Positions 38,604-50,710 of a DNA stretch of 64,000 nt are shown here, piece by piece. The notes under the pieces were generated by a model. The model was not told the DNA's origin. It made no database searches and saw only the letters and a list, made by a program, of their open reading frames with translations. The translations under genes were made by a program, and so were the position numbers. The stretch spans positions 125,862,001-125,926,000 of the forward strand of contig NC_058368.1 of assembly GCF_018350175.1 (NCBI RefSeq), written 5' to 3'. This stretch comes from Felis catus (Eukaryota). Positions within the stretch are counted from its first letter, which is position 1. The number at the start of each line of letters is the position of its first letter.

Positions 38604-38604
<1 letters not shown>

Positions 38605-38637
<33 letters not shown>
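38605..38637. repeat. (TG)n microsatellite
   Basis: Read directly from the sequence. Confidence 0.99.
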
Positions 38638-38639
<2 letters not shown>

Positions 38640-39146
38640 ACATGTGTGTGTATAGACAGGTCTTAAAGGATAGTTTCTGATTTATTTGATCTTGGAATAT
38701 AACCTGAGAAGTAGAAAAATATTAAAAACTCAAACATTAGCAATAATCTTGGAATCAGATTTTAAGAAACCTCATTTGATTTTAGACTATAGGATGCATT
38801 GGGAGGACGTGAAGATCACTGACAGGTTCCCATGGTAATACTGTTTTGCTGTGCTTGGGCTGACCACTCCTGAGTTAGTAAGGTAATGACAGATCCAAGG
38901 ACTATTTTATTAGTATCCAGCTTTCCTATTAAATTGCAAATATTCTCTACAAGGAGAGGGACCATGTCTGCTGGAATCTTTGTCATGTCTCCAGTACATT
39001 TTATTGCACACATCTAAGTGAAAAATGAGACACCAAGTATTTCTGTTATGTTCTCTGCTGTATATGTTCTCTCACTGCCTAGAATACACCCATACTCTCC
39101 ATTTCTCTTCCTGAACAGCTTTTTACTGCACCCCTCATATTCTGTC

Positions 39147-39694
39147 TATCCAGAAAAAAGTTAATGTAGCCAACCTGAGACTGTTGTCTTCAGAAGATCT
39201 GCTCGCATGGCTGGCCCTCAGCTGGGGTGAAGAATATGAATTTCTGGAGAGTTCCCACCATTCCCTATCTGGTAAGAGTGGTTGGTAATACCTATGCTAC
39301 TTGTACATATAGTGTTCATCCCGGACACCTGCTTACTTCCGGGAGTCTGGAAATTTGGTATGGGCTAAGGAGAGAGTGCCTGTGTGGCCAGACCCCAGCA
39401 AAACTTTAGGCATTCATTCTCTAATGAGTTTCCTGGTAGACAACATTTCACACATGTTATCACAATTCAATGCTGGAGGAATTAAGCACATTCTGTGTGA
39501 CTCTGTGGGGAAAGGACTCTTGGAAGCTAGTTCCTGGTTTCCTCTGGCCTTCTCTTCATGTGCCTTTTCCCTTTGCTGATTTTTTTTTATCCTTTTCATA
39601 TAATGAATTGTAGCTGCAAATACAAATATTTGCCAAGTCCTATGAGTCTGAGCAAATCATAGAACCTGGGGGTGGTCTGGAGGACCCCTGACCT
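39147..39694 (+). mobile_element. ERVL-class solo LTR (MER68-like)
   Basis: GGGAGTCTGGAAATTTGG, CCTGGTAGACAACATTTCAC, GGACTCTTGGAAGC, GAACCTGGGGGTGGTC..GGACCCC. Confidence 0.8.
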
Positions 39695-40456
39695 GCCATC
39701 TGTTGGCAAATTCTGTCAGCATTTCCTTCAAAATACATATTGAATATGGCCATTTCTCAGGTCCTCCTCTGCTTCCACCGTTGTCAGAAACATCATCTCT
39801 CTCTTAGCTGATTCTCCTAACTGGTCTCCCTTTTTCCACTCCTCCTTTTTTCTGCAGCAGAGTGAACTGATTGAAATATAAACACAACCTGTTTGTCACT
39901 CCTCTGCTCAAACCATCCAATGACCAAAAATCCCATGCAAGGAGAAAGCAAAGTGCTCACATGACCTAAACAGCCTGGCTTCCTATGGTCTCCTAGCCTG
40001 CATATCCTCCTTTTCGAGCCTCATTCACTTCCCTCCAGCCAGCAGGTTTGTCTCACAAGCATGTTCCCCACTTAGAGCCTTCATACCCACAATCATTAGG
40101 TCCTGTGATGTTCTGCCCAGGTAGATCTGTGTGGTTTAATCCTTAACTTCCTTTAGACTTTTTATTACATGTAACCTTCTGTACAAGGTCCTCCCTGGTT
40201 ACCCTACCTAAAATGTCAATCCCCTCTCTTGTCCTCATCTTTCTTTACTTTTCCTCGTTAACACTTATCTATGTGTTGCCTATTTACCTTGTTTATTGTC
40301 TGCGTATCTGGAATGTAACTTTCAAGCAAACAGGGATTTTTGTCTGTTGTGTTCACTGACGTGTCTCCAGTGCCTACAACCATTCCTGACATCCTGAAAT
40401 ACAGAAGTAACTGAATAAACACTTGTTGAACAAATGCATAAGTTAATGAATGAATA
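39695..40456 (+). mobile_element. LINE-2 (L2a-like) 3' fragment
   Basis: CTCCTAACTGGTCTCCC, TCACTCCTCTGCTCAAA, TTGTTCACTG..TCTCCAGTGCCTA, ends TTGTTGAA..AATGAATGAAT. Confidence 0.85.
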
Positions 40457-41034
40457 ATATACAACCCAGCCCCAAATCTCACTTTCTCTATACAGCTCTT
40501 CCTAATTCCCTAGTACTTTTTGTGAATACTTTTTTTTTTTTTTTGTAATTTATCTCATTCTCCTTGGTTGCTACTTCTGATTGACAATTATTGCCTAATC
40601 CTCTTTATGGTCTCTGCACCTAGAACAGTGCCCGACATATTGTAATTGTTAAAACAACAGTAACAATAACAATTCTTAAAGGAATGAATGCATGAATAAG
40701 TTTTTCTTGTGATGTGAAATTGCTTTCCAAATGAATATTCCATATTATACTGTCATAGCAGTACACGAGTAAAGCACTTTCATTAGGGTAAGTCAGAATT
40801 TGGGTCTGTTGAGCTAACTCGATCATACTAAATGGTTATATCGTATTTTTGTTTGTTTCTTTGATTACTACTGCTTAACAATTTTCGGTTCTTTTTATTA
40901 AACCTGTAAATCTATTCTGCTTGACCTAATTTGTAGTTTATTGTAGAAATAATGAAAAAAATAACGTTTCCAAAGAATATGGAAATGAATTTATTTTTTT
41001 CCATCAACGGGCTTGGCGAATGTGTGAGTCACAG

Positions 41035-41210
41035 TCCCAGATGCCTCCAGGGCCAGTCAGGCAGCATAAATGAGTGAACCTGGAAGTGAATGTCCTGTCG
41101 GTGAAGACAGGACGTGCATTCTCTACCACTCACTGCAGCTGGTGCTCAATACCGGCTAATTTGTGCCATGTGGGGAAGTGGGTTCATTGTTGCCAAAGTT
41201 TCTTTTCCAA
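41035..41210. mobile_element. hAT-Charlie fragment (MER102-like)
   Basis: ATGCCTCCAGGGCCAG..CATAAATGAGTGAA and TGCCATGTGGG..TGTTGCCA motifs. Confidence 0.5.
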
Positions 41211-43260
41211 AATTTACCCCGTAATTTCTTAGGCCTCCGGGTGAAAACCTGGAGGTGAAAATACAGAATAACATCGGTGGTAAAAATAATCACCTAAAAG
41301 ATAATGAAATTGTAAAATGCTCTGAAGTAAGTTATCAACAACATATGGTAACAGGAGAAGCCGTGATACAGATTCGACACCCTTGAGAGTGTTGAACACA
41401 GTATGAAACATAGATGTGTTTCATAGTCAGGCCTCTGTGAAACACTGGAATGGCTTATGATGATTAAGAATTAATTTATCTTTCCTTTTGTTCCCCCTCT
41501 ATCAGATTTCCAAATTGTAATGATTACATATAGTTGGTTAAAAGCCACTCTTAGGTTTAGTTTGGAACACGGTGATTCATTTATGACAGCTATCAGACTC
41601 CTGATGGATATGGAAGGCGAGCTTCTGGCCAGCAGAAGGCACATGTTGTGCACATTTCATCAACCACACAAGATAGCAGAATGCCTCATTTTCATTGCCA
41701 GCTGCCCCATCCAAACATTGTCCTGGAGTTCTGTGCCATAGAACCAGAGTATTCTTAGGATCTCTATTCTTGAAGAAATCACTTTGTTTTTAAAGATTTA
41801 CTTGCCAGAAAAAGGGAGTGACATGAACATGACATGAACAGCACAGGACGGCCCACCGCTTGGACAGATCCCTTGGTAGTGGTTCTAGCTGGCGTCCAAG
41901 GGACGAGCAGCACCTGCTCCAAGGACTTCAAGTTCTCTTCTCAAAAAGATGATTGAGGAGCCACTGAATGCATGTTGAGACTCTTCCCAAACTCTGTAGG
42001 TGGCATTTCCAAAGCTAAACTCTTGGCAATCACCTTGTGTTAATCTTTAGAAAAACGTTTTTTCCTTCTTAAAATAGGAGATTTCCTGTAGCTGCCAGGG
42101 GATCTCGTGACACAAGAACAGCCCGCGCATGCCTTTTTCTGAAAATATCTAAAGTGCTTATGACAACTTAAAATTCCAGACCAGGCAGTGCTGGTTGAGT
42201 TCAAGGCTCTCAACCAGGTGCAGGGGCAAGGATGTAGAAAAGGGAAGAGTTCGGTTTGTCTTGCCTAACAGGAGTTTGCACTGATGCCTGGTAGTGGCTT
42301 ATTCAGTTTTGCTTAGGACAAGATTATTATGTTTGTATATTAAGAAAATTACCCAAACCCATTTTCATAATATCAAGTAATGACTGTACTTTATCATAGC
42401 ACTGTTGCTGTGTCGTGTAAACATTATTGCCTTATCCATCACCCCAGTAGCATTGTTTTCATATCCTACCTCTCTTTCATTTCCTTTCTCGAAGAAGGCA
42501 GCAAGTAAAATAAGCTCCCTTTAACCTCCTATGGGCAAAACTTTACAATAATTGACTTTACTCCTCTTTAAATATTTTCAAAATTTAGATTTAGTTCCCT
42601 GATGTTTGAATGAGTTCTTACCTTGTATATGCCCTTGTCAAAGACGTAAAGCTATTTAGGAAGTGATTATGGCTCCTTCTCAAATCAAAATAAAAAACAA
42701 ATAAGTGAGCACAATAATAATATGCTGAGAACTGGTTATTAATTTGTAAGAATATCTGAGATTCAGAGGCTGCTATGTATCAGATATGGGCTTGGCAGTT
42801 TGAAAACATTCATTGTTTCTATAAATCTACCTTATTCAGTGAGTATTTTTTCTCTTCTTACAAAATAGAAAAACAAAACAAAAGCAAATAGTAAGAGACA
42901 GAACTATTTCTATCAACCTTGCTATGTGAAACTGCATATTTTCTTTTTGTGAAGAGCAGAAGAGATTAAGATACATCTACATAGGTAGATTACACAGTAG
43001 CACTGAGGCTTTTTGTTATTGCAGAAGAAACAAGTTCAGCACACCAATTCACTATCATAATGATTGTCGTGTTCAGCTTGAGTTGCTCTTCATAATGACA
43101 TTGAGTTTTTTTAATCTCACAGGATCACAGGCCTCCACATGAGTTCTGTGTCCTTTGAAACAGATGTCTTGGGGATGCTGGCATCGAGAAAGTGAATCAA
43201 ATGTTTCAATGACTCTTTCCTTTGAGTTGCCTTGAGAGTATCTGGCACTGTTTTAAAACG

Positions 43261-43335
43261 TGAAATCATGGTTTCACTATATGCTAACTAATTTGGATGT
43301 AAATTTAAAAAAATAAAAAATAAAAATAAAAAAAA
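43261..43335 (+). mobile_element. Very short L1 3' terminus with A-rich tail
   Basis: TGAAATCATGGTTTCACTATATGCTAACTAATTTGGATGTAAATTT closely matches the 3' end of the L1 at about 16059-16100, followed by an A-rich tail. Confidence 0.8.
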
Positions 43336-43764
43336 TTTCAGTGGTAACAGGTTTTCAGATTTTGAGGACTGGTTTTGAAAAAATGAAGTAAACAGGAAAA
43401 AAAAAAAAGGGAAAAAAAGCTATCCAGAGCTAAGTCTAGAGAATACAATAATAACTCCTTTACTTTAATTGAGATGTGACTATAAAATAACATCCATAAT
43501 TTTCCCTTCCTGCCCCTTCCCTCCCTCCCTCCCTTCCTTCCTCCTTCTCTTCTTTCTTGGCTCAAAAAATGCTTCTGTGAAGGAAATTTCAAAAATGTTT
43601 TTAGCGTGTAGAATGTCTGAAATCAGTAAATACCCTTCCTTGTGACACCTTTGAACACACAGCTAGTTCTAAGTTCTAGTGTGTTTGTAACAAAAATTTA
43701 AAAACACAAAAAAACAAAACCAAAAAAAAACCCTCCTTATCATATAGTTAACCCTGGTGAAAAT

Positions 43765-44351
43765 ATCTCTGTTTATCCATTACTATATACAAACTATCTG
43801 AAAACTTAGTAATGAAAACAGAAATCATCCTATGATGCACACAGTTCCATGGGTCAGGAAATCAGTCAAGGCATGGCAGGGCTGGTTCCTCTCCACCCCG
43901 TGACAGTGGGGGCCTCTCTCAAGTAGCTCAGCGGGCACTGTGTCTGCCACCGCAGTTCTGGCTGTGGTCTGAATTCCTCGGTTCTTTTCCATATTGGAGA
44001 TGGCTTTTTTCACTCACATGTCTAGAACCTGGCCTAGGATAACTGGAATGTTTGGCACTGGCTGGTCTTTTCTCCCCATGTGGCCTCTCAAAATGTCTAG
44101 CTCCAACTTCCTCACGATGTGACAGTCTCGGCAGCAGTGGCTGGCTTTCCTGATAGGGAGCATTCCAGGAAGCTAGAAGTGAAGTTGCCTCTCTCATAGG
44201 CCTGGGCCCAGGAACTGATGCAGCATCTCTGCTGCCAAATTCTTTGGGTAAAAGTCGTGCCAGAGAGCCAGCCCAGATTCAAGGGCCAGAATCACAAGCC
44301 TCAGAATTGAAGAATGTCCTAGAATTTGGGCGTTATCTTTAATCCACCACA
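43765..44351 (-). mobile_element. MaLR LTR (MLT1H-like)
   Basis: AAAACTTAGT, GGGTCAGGAA, CACTCACATGTCT, CCATGTGGCCTCTC, CCCAGATTCAAGGG, ends TTTAATCCACCACA. Confidence 0.72.
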
Positions 44352-45189
44352 ATACCTAAGGCTGGCGATCCAAGTAGATAGGACATAGATTCTCCGGATT
44401 CTTCTCTTTTAAAAACATGAGAAATGCTCAAGGTGTTCTGTTAAATGTTAAGTGTAGATTTGTCTCGGAATACTGTGTATTGATGATGAGAATCTAGATA
44501 CATTTTTATTTTAATACATTTATTTTCATATATAATTCTTAATTTTTATATTTACATGGCAGACTCATTCTAGAAAGTAATCAATCTGCAAATTTTGAAT
44601 ACTCTATTTGGAAAAAAAATCAGCAGATAGATGAATACAGTTTACCTGTGCTTTGTTATAAATCATGTAATCTTCTCTACCTTGTTCATGTTCATTTCCT
44701 TTCCTGAGAAATTCTACTTATACCCATGCTTCCTTTGCTTCCTGAAATTTCTATCCAACAAAATCCATGTCTTTGGTTAAGACTTCTGTCATCCTCAAGT
44801 CATTATTTTCTTTATTTCTTTTCACTGTAACTGTGTTTGGACCTGTGTTATGATTCTTCTCATACTTTGCCTTGGATTAAAGCTATTTATTTACTCATTA
44901 TGTTTTCACCCCTGAAAAATTCTTAAGAGGTGGGACTCTTTCTCTTTTATTTTTTCATCTGATGCTCTGCTTTGGTGTGATGTCTTGCCCAGAGTAATTG
45001 CTTGAGAAGAATTGCTCAAAATAAATTATTGAAAGACTAAGGCACAAGGGTTTCTGTTGATTGTGCTGCTTTTATATAAAGATCAATTCTTTGAAAAGAT
45101 GTGGTAAATTGAGCACTTAACCTGGCCAGAACAATGTCAAGTGCTTTACATACAACATCCATTCAGTGGTTATTAATAAACGCTCCAGC

Positions 45190-45800
45190 ACTTGCCTAAG
45201 CACTATGCTAGGCAAACAACTAAATTCAGCTTCTTCACTTGAAGAACACTCATTCTGGTGGAGGAATTGGACCTTACAGAAGAAAGCAGTAGATGATCAT
45301 TTAGTAGAATTGTGATAAGTGCTATTCCAGAGAAGCACAGTATGCTTGCAGAAGTTAGAATAGGGAGATCTAACCGTGTCAGGTGGTGGTGGTTAAGGAA
45401 GGCTGCCATGTGAAGGTGACTTTTGGGTGAATTTTTAAGGATGGTGGTAATTAACAGAAAGGGTAAGAGGGGCAGCATTCCAAGAATTGAGGGGGAAGGA
45501 ATCCTTGGCCTTTTAGATGATGGAATTAAATGATGTTTGTGCTGAAATCTGAAGATACATATTAGTTGACCAGGTATCTAGTGGAGGAAGATAATATCAG
45601 GCAGAAGAAACAGTTTATGTAATGGGCCCTCAGTGTGAAAGAGCACAGGACATTGGAAGAACCAAAAGAGAGTCAATGGGGTGAATGAGCTACTGGTTGA
45701 GATGACTGGGACATTTCACGTGGGCCCCTTATAGGCCACTCAAAAAGATTATTTATCCCAAGAAAAGGGGGATACAGTGAAATAATTTAAGTGCCTGTTG
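45190..45800 (-). mobile_element. LINE-2 fragments
   Basis: CACTATGCTAGGC, GTGATAAGTGCTAT, AGGAAGGC..AGGTGACTTT, GGCAGAAGAAACAG motifs. Confidence 0.6.
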
Positions 45801-46419
45801 AGATTTGTGATTTCAAAAGAACATTTATTTTAACCTTCACTATAACAATTTACCCCCACTTTCAAAATGAGGAACTTGACCAGAGTCACAAAGAAATTAA
45901 GTGACAAAGTGGCAAAGCTCTCAGATCCCAGATTCACTGTTTTTAGATCAAAGAATATTTGCAAGTACCATCCCTATTTAAGTGTAGGTGTGGTCTAGCT
46001 CCTGTTTTGGACACGTGACCTACCTTTCAGGTCCATTCGAAATAAACTGTATCTTCTGTATGTTCATCGTGGCATCCCCACCACTCTCCATTCACTTTAG
46101 ACCAGGGTCATCGTTAGAGAGAGAGACACACATTGATGGCCATTTCCAGGCAGCACTGGGCTCTAGAAAGAAAGCTGCACCTACATAGTTAGGGCTGTAT
46201 TTTCTGGATAGACGTGTGCTATGTTCTCTGTCCACACAGAGCCAAAGCAGGCTAGGATTCTCTCTGCATTGTCATTGTGTAGTAACACACTACCTATAAG
46301 CACATGCCGGGAACTGCAGAAGGAAGCCTGGCTCAGGAGCTGAAATACCCAGACTGAAATGCTGTTTTGGCTTCCTCCCAAATCCTAGACTAAAATTTCT
46401 AGTTCTCTGATGCTCTTAA

Positions 46420-46565
46420 CTTCCTGGAGCTTAAGTTTCCTCACCTGTGAGAAGAGTGTGGTGACCCTTACTCCAAGGTGATGTGAGGAAGGCTAATGAG
46501 ACATTGTAAAGTGAGTGCAATCTATTAGACACCCTATAAATGATAACTGTTATTGCTGTTACTAT
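46420..46565 (+). mobile_element. MIR fragment
   Basis: AGTTTCCTCACCTGTGA, GTGAGGA..AATGAGA, ATAAATGATAACTGTTATT. Confidence 0.55.
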
Positions 46566-46653
46566 TAGATTTTGTGTCTTCTGGTTACCAGTGCAGGAAT
46601 AATTGCTGTTTGAACATCGCCTTCATTCTTTTCCTCTTGGCTACAACTCTATG

Positions 46654-47119
46654 TGCAGTGGACAGAATAATGCCCCCAAAGATGAACATGTCCTAATTGT
46701 TGGAACTTGTGGACCTGTTAAATTACATAGCATGGGCTTTGCACATGTAATTAAATTAAGAATTCTGAGCTGGAAAGATTTTTGTAGATTATCTGGGTGG
46801 GCTCAGTATGGTCACAAGGGTCCTGATAAAATGGAGGCAGTTAGGTTAGAGTTTAAGAGAAAGATTGGTAGATGCTATGCTCTGACTTCGAAGTTGGAAG
46901 AGGGGACCATGAATCAAGGAGTTCAGTGGGTTCTAGAAGTTGGAAAATACAAGGGAATGAATTCTCCCCCTCAGGCTTCCAGAAGGAACCCATCCCTGCA
47001 ACACCTTGATTTTAGGCCAATGAAATCTATTTTGAAATTCTGACCTCTAAAATATGTTTGTTGTTTTAAGCTATTAAGTTTGTGGTAATTTGTTACAGTG
47101 GAAATAAGATACTAACACA
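46654..47119 (+). mobile_element. MaLR solo LTR (MLT1D-like)
   Basis: CAGAATAATGCCCCCAAAGATG start, GATTATCTGGGTGGGC, TTGTGGTAATTTGTTACAG..CTAACACA end. Confidence 0.85.
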
Positions 47120-48186
47120 TGATGGAAGAAATATTTTCAGCTAGTAAAATTTTTATGTTCAAGGTTTGTGCACAGAAGGGTGTCTTATTTATGTGTATGG
47201 GCCTTAAACAATTATCTCTTCATATTGATTGATGGTGCTTTTACCAATGAGGAAAAAACATGCACTGAACATAAATTCATCCCAGTAATCACTTTATTTC
47301 TCCTTTTCCTTACCATGATATTGTTTTCCCCTTCTTTAAGAGTAGTCAAAAAATAATAAACTAGAAAGTTTTTGAGGAAAGGGTTTCCCAAGATGTTTCT
47401 ATGTCCAGCATGATGAGACTCCCTCTATGAAAATTATAACTAGAAAGCACAAAGCTCTTCAAAGTTCATGCAGAATGAGAGCTTGGCCTCTTAGGCAGAA
47501 GGATACATCTGTCCTCACCATGACTAGGCCGGAACAATTATTTGCCTGTCCTTGGAAGGTGATTTTCAGGTAAGAATTTCCAGTATAACCTATTCCATTT
47601 AATATGGTATTTCAGAACTTTTGGGTAATTCTGCATTATTCTTGGTACTGAATGGTTGGGTAATAAGATAGACCGTTTTAAAATGATTCTCTTCTTTCCC
47701 TCCATCCCTTCTTATTTTATATACATGTAACCATCTGATATTTCACTTAAAACCATTTACTCAGTAGCTAATAACAGAGCATTTTAGCTTGGCTGGACAT
47801 AAATTTTCCGGTGAAAACTTATGCCTGTTCGTGTATGCTTTTGCTTGTCAGAAAGTAAAATCTAAAACATTTAACAAACACCGTTACTTCTGTTGAATAA
47901 ACATAGAGACAAAGACTATATTATGAAATTCAATATAAAAAGAGTAAAATTCTAACTTAATATTAGGAACTATATTTTCTTAAAGTTCATTAACTTTCTG
48001 TATCTTATCGTTGGGGCCTTAGAGTCTTTAAGAGTACAATAACACTGTGGAAACAAGATGCCAAAGTTATTGATGTCCTTTAATTATTGAGTATTTCTTT
48101 TAAAACTTTCTTAAAATAAAATTGTCTAGTAATAAATCCTAGCTTTATATATAGGCTATCAATACTGCTCTATTTAATAAAGTAAT

Positions 48187-48236
48187 TCTTTTTTATTTTG
48201 GAGATAGTGCATGCTAGCAGAGGAGGGGGATACAGG

Positions 48237-48279
<43 letters not shown>

Positions 48280-48390
48280 GGAGAGAGAATCTTAAACAAG
48301 CTCTGTGCTCAGCATGGAGCCTGATGCAGGGCTCAATCCCATGACTTTAGGATCATGTCCTGAGCCAAAATCAAGAGTGGGATGCTCAAC
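48187..48390 (-). mobile_element. Can-SINE lacking its 5' head
   Basis: (GA)n block, GATCATGTCCTGAGCCAAAATCAAGAGT, GATGCTCAAC. Homology stops before the head. Confidence 0.87.
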
Positions 48391-49107
48391 CTACCTCAAC
48401 CTATGCTCAATCAATGAAGAAACATATTTGCTTAGAATGGTAACTTTGGTCTACCTATGAGCAAAATAGCTACTTTAGTTGAAGCTTGTTATGACATTGG
48501 GTCTACTACAATAGAATTTAAATTGCTCTAAAATCGGATATTCTCTGCTCAGCGCTAGGGCTAGGACTGTGACAGAGTAACTTCGTATTTGAGCTCTTTA
48601 GTAATTTTTTCTTTCTTCCCATTTAAACATGCCTGAAGTATGCCGTTAACTTCCATTATTTAACACAGAGCATTACTTCCTTAGGAAGGGAGGGAGCAAG
48701 TCACTTCCACATCATTGTTGCTGGGTGTTACATGTGGATTGGAAAATTTGTGATTCTGATCCAGGGCTCCCCACCTCTCCACTCAACTCTCAATATAAAA
48801 AGTGCCTTTGTAGAATATCTCTTACCTTATAGCCGACTTTAAAGTGAATAGCCTTTCAGTGACGCAAAGGATGATACCAAATGTCATAATCCCAGGAAAC
48901 TGGAGTTACTCTCTCTAGAAAGAAATATCCAGAAATATCACAGAGAGGTGTGATAAAAGAGGAACTGTATTAGACATTGTCAGCACTCTTCCCATCTCCT
49001 CCCACCTTTACCTGTTCCATGCACTCTGATCAAATTCCAAATGCATTTCTATGCCTAGAAGCTTTGAGCACATTTTAGCGATCACTTTGCTGACTACAGG
49101 CTAGCTC

Positions 49108-50710
49108 CTTAACACATCCATCACTTCACATAACTACTAATTTTTCTTTTTGTATTGGAACATTTAAGATGTACTTTTTTAGCAATTCTCAAGTATGTAA
49201 TACAATATTGCTAACTATGGTCATCATGCTGTATATAAGATCCATAGAACTTATTCATCTTATTACTGGAAGTTTATCCCTTTGGACTATTATCTCCCCA
49301 TTTCTCTCACCCCAGCCCCTGGCAACCACCACTCGACTCTCTGTTTCTATAGGTTCAGCTATTTTTAGATTCCACATATAGGTGAGATCATATGTATTTG
49401 CTTTCTCTGCCTAACTTGTTTCTTTTAGCATAGTGCCCTCAAATTCCATTCATGTTGTTGTAAATGATGGTACCAGTTTACATTCCAATCAGTAGTGCAT
49501 GAGAATTCCCTTTTCTCCACATCCTTGCCAGCACTTGGTATCTCTTGTCTTTTTTTTTTTTAAATGTTAACATTTATTTATTTATTGAGAGACAGAGAGC
49601 CACAGCATGAGTCGGGGAGGGTTAGAGAGAGAGGGAATCGCAGATCCCAAAGCAGGCTCCAGGCTCTGAACTGTCAGCGCAGAGTCCGACACGGGGCTCA
49701 AACTCATGAACTGAGATCGTGACCCCAGCTGAACTCAAATGCTTAACCAACTGAGTCACCCAGGTGCCCTGGTATCTCATGTCTTTTTGATAATAGCCAT
49801 TCTTACTTTTGTGAAGTGGTAGTTTATTGTGGTTTTGATCTGCATTTCTCTGGTGCTTAATGATATTGAACAGCTTTTCATGTACCTGTTGTCCATTTAT
49901 ATGTCTTAGGAAAAATTTCTATTCAGGTTGCCCTTTTTAAAATTAGATTATTAGTGTATTAGTGTTGCCCAGAAGCTTTTTAGTTTGCTATAGTCCCACT
50001 TGTTTGCTCTTGTTTTTGTTGCTTGTGCTTTTGGTGTTGTATCTAAAAAGTTATTGTCAAGACCAAGGTCAAGGAAATCTTTTCCTGTTTTCTTATAGGA
50101 GTTTTACAGTTTTAGGCTTTAAATTTATGTTTTTAATCCATTTTGAGTTAGTTCTTGTGAGTGGTGTAAGAGAGGGGCACAATTTCATTTGTTTGCATGT
50201 AAATATCCAATTTTCCCAGTATCGTTTATTTTAGACTATTCTTTCCTCATTGAGTGGTCTTGGCTCCCTCGTCAACATTAGTTGACTATATATACATGGA
50301 TTTATACAGATCTATTCAATTTTGTTCCATTGGTTTATATGTATGTTTTTATGCCAATACCATACTGTATTGGTTACTATAGCTTTGAATTATAGTTTGA
50401 AATAAGAAAATATGATGCCTCCAGCTTTGTTTTCCTTTTTCAAAATTGCTTTGGCTAATTGGGGTCTTTTGTAGTTCCATACAAATTTTAGGATTTTTTT
50501 TTTATATTTCTGTGAAAAAAATGGAGATTTTCATTAGGGATGGTAATAAATCTACTGATGGCTTTGGATATTATGGACAATTCAACAATATTAATTCTTC
50601 TGATCCATGAACATCGGATATCTTTTATTTATTTCTGTGTTCTTCAATTTCTTTCATCAGAATTTTATAGTTTTCAGTGTACAGACCTTTCACCTCCTTG
50701 CTTAAATGTA
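49108..50710 (-). mobile_element. Old L1 (L1MA/L1_Carn-type) 3' fragment with internal deletions, interrupted by a SINE
   Basis: L1MA-like 3'UTR followed by antisense ORF2 sequence homologous to the young L1 at about 20850-21970. Confidence 0.88.
49556..49769 (-). mobile_element. Can-SINE nested in old L1
   Basis: TSD TGGTATCTC(T/A)TGTCTTTTT at 49536 and 49770. Confidence 0.95.

Noticed and set aside
46603..47043. 146-aa ORF
   Set aside because: It lies almost entirely inside an MLT1 LTR.
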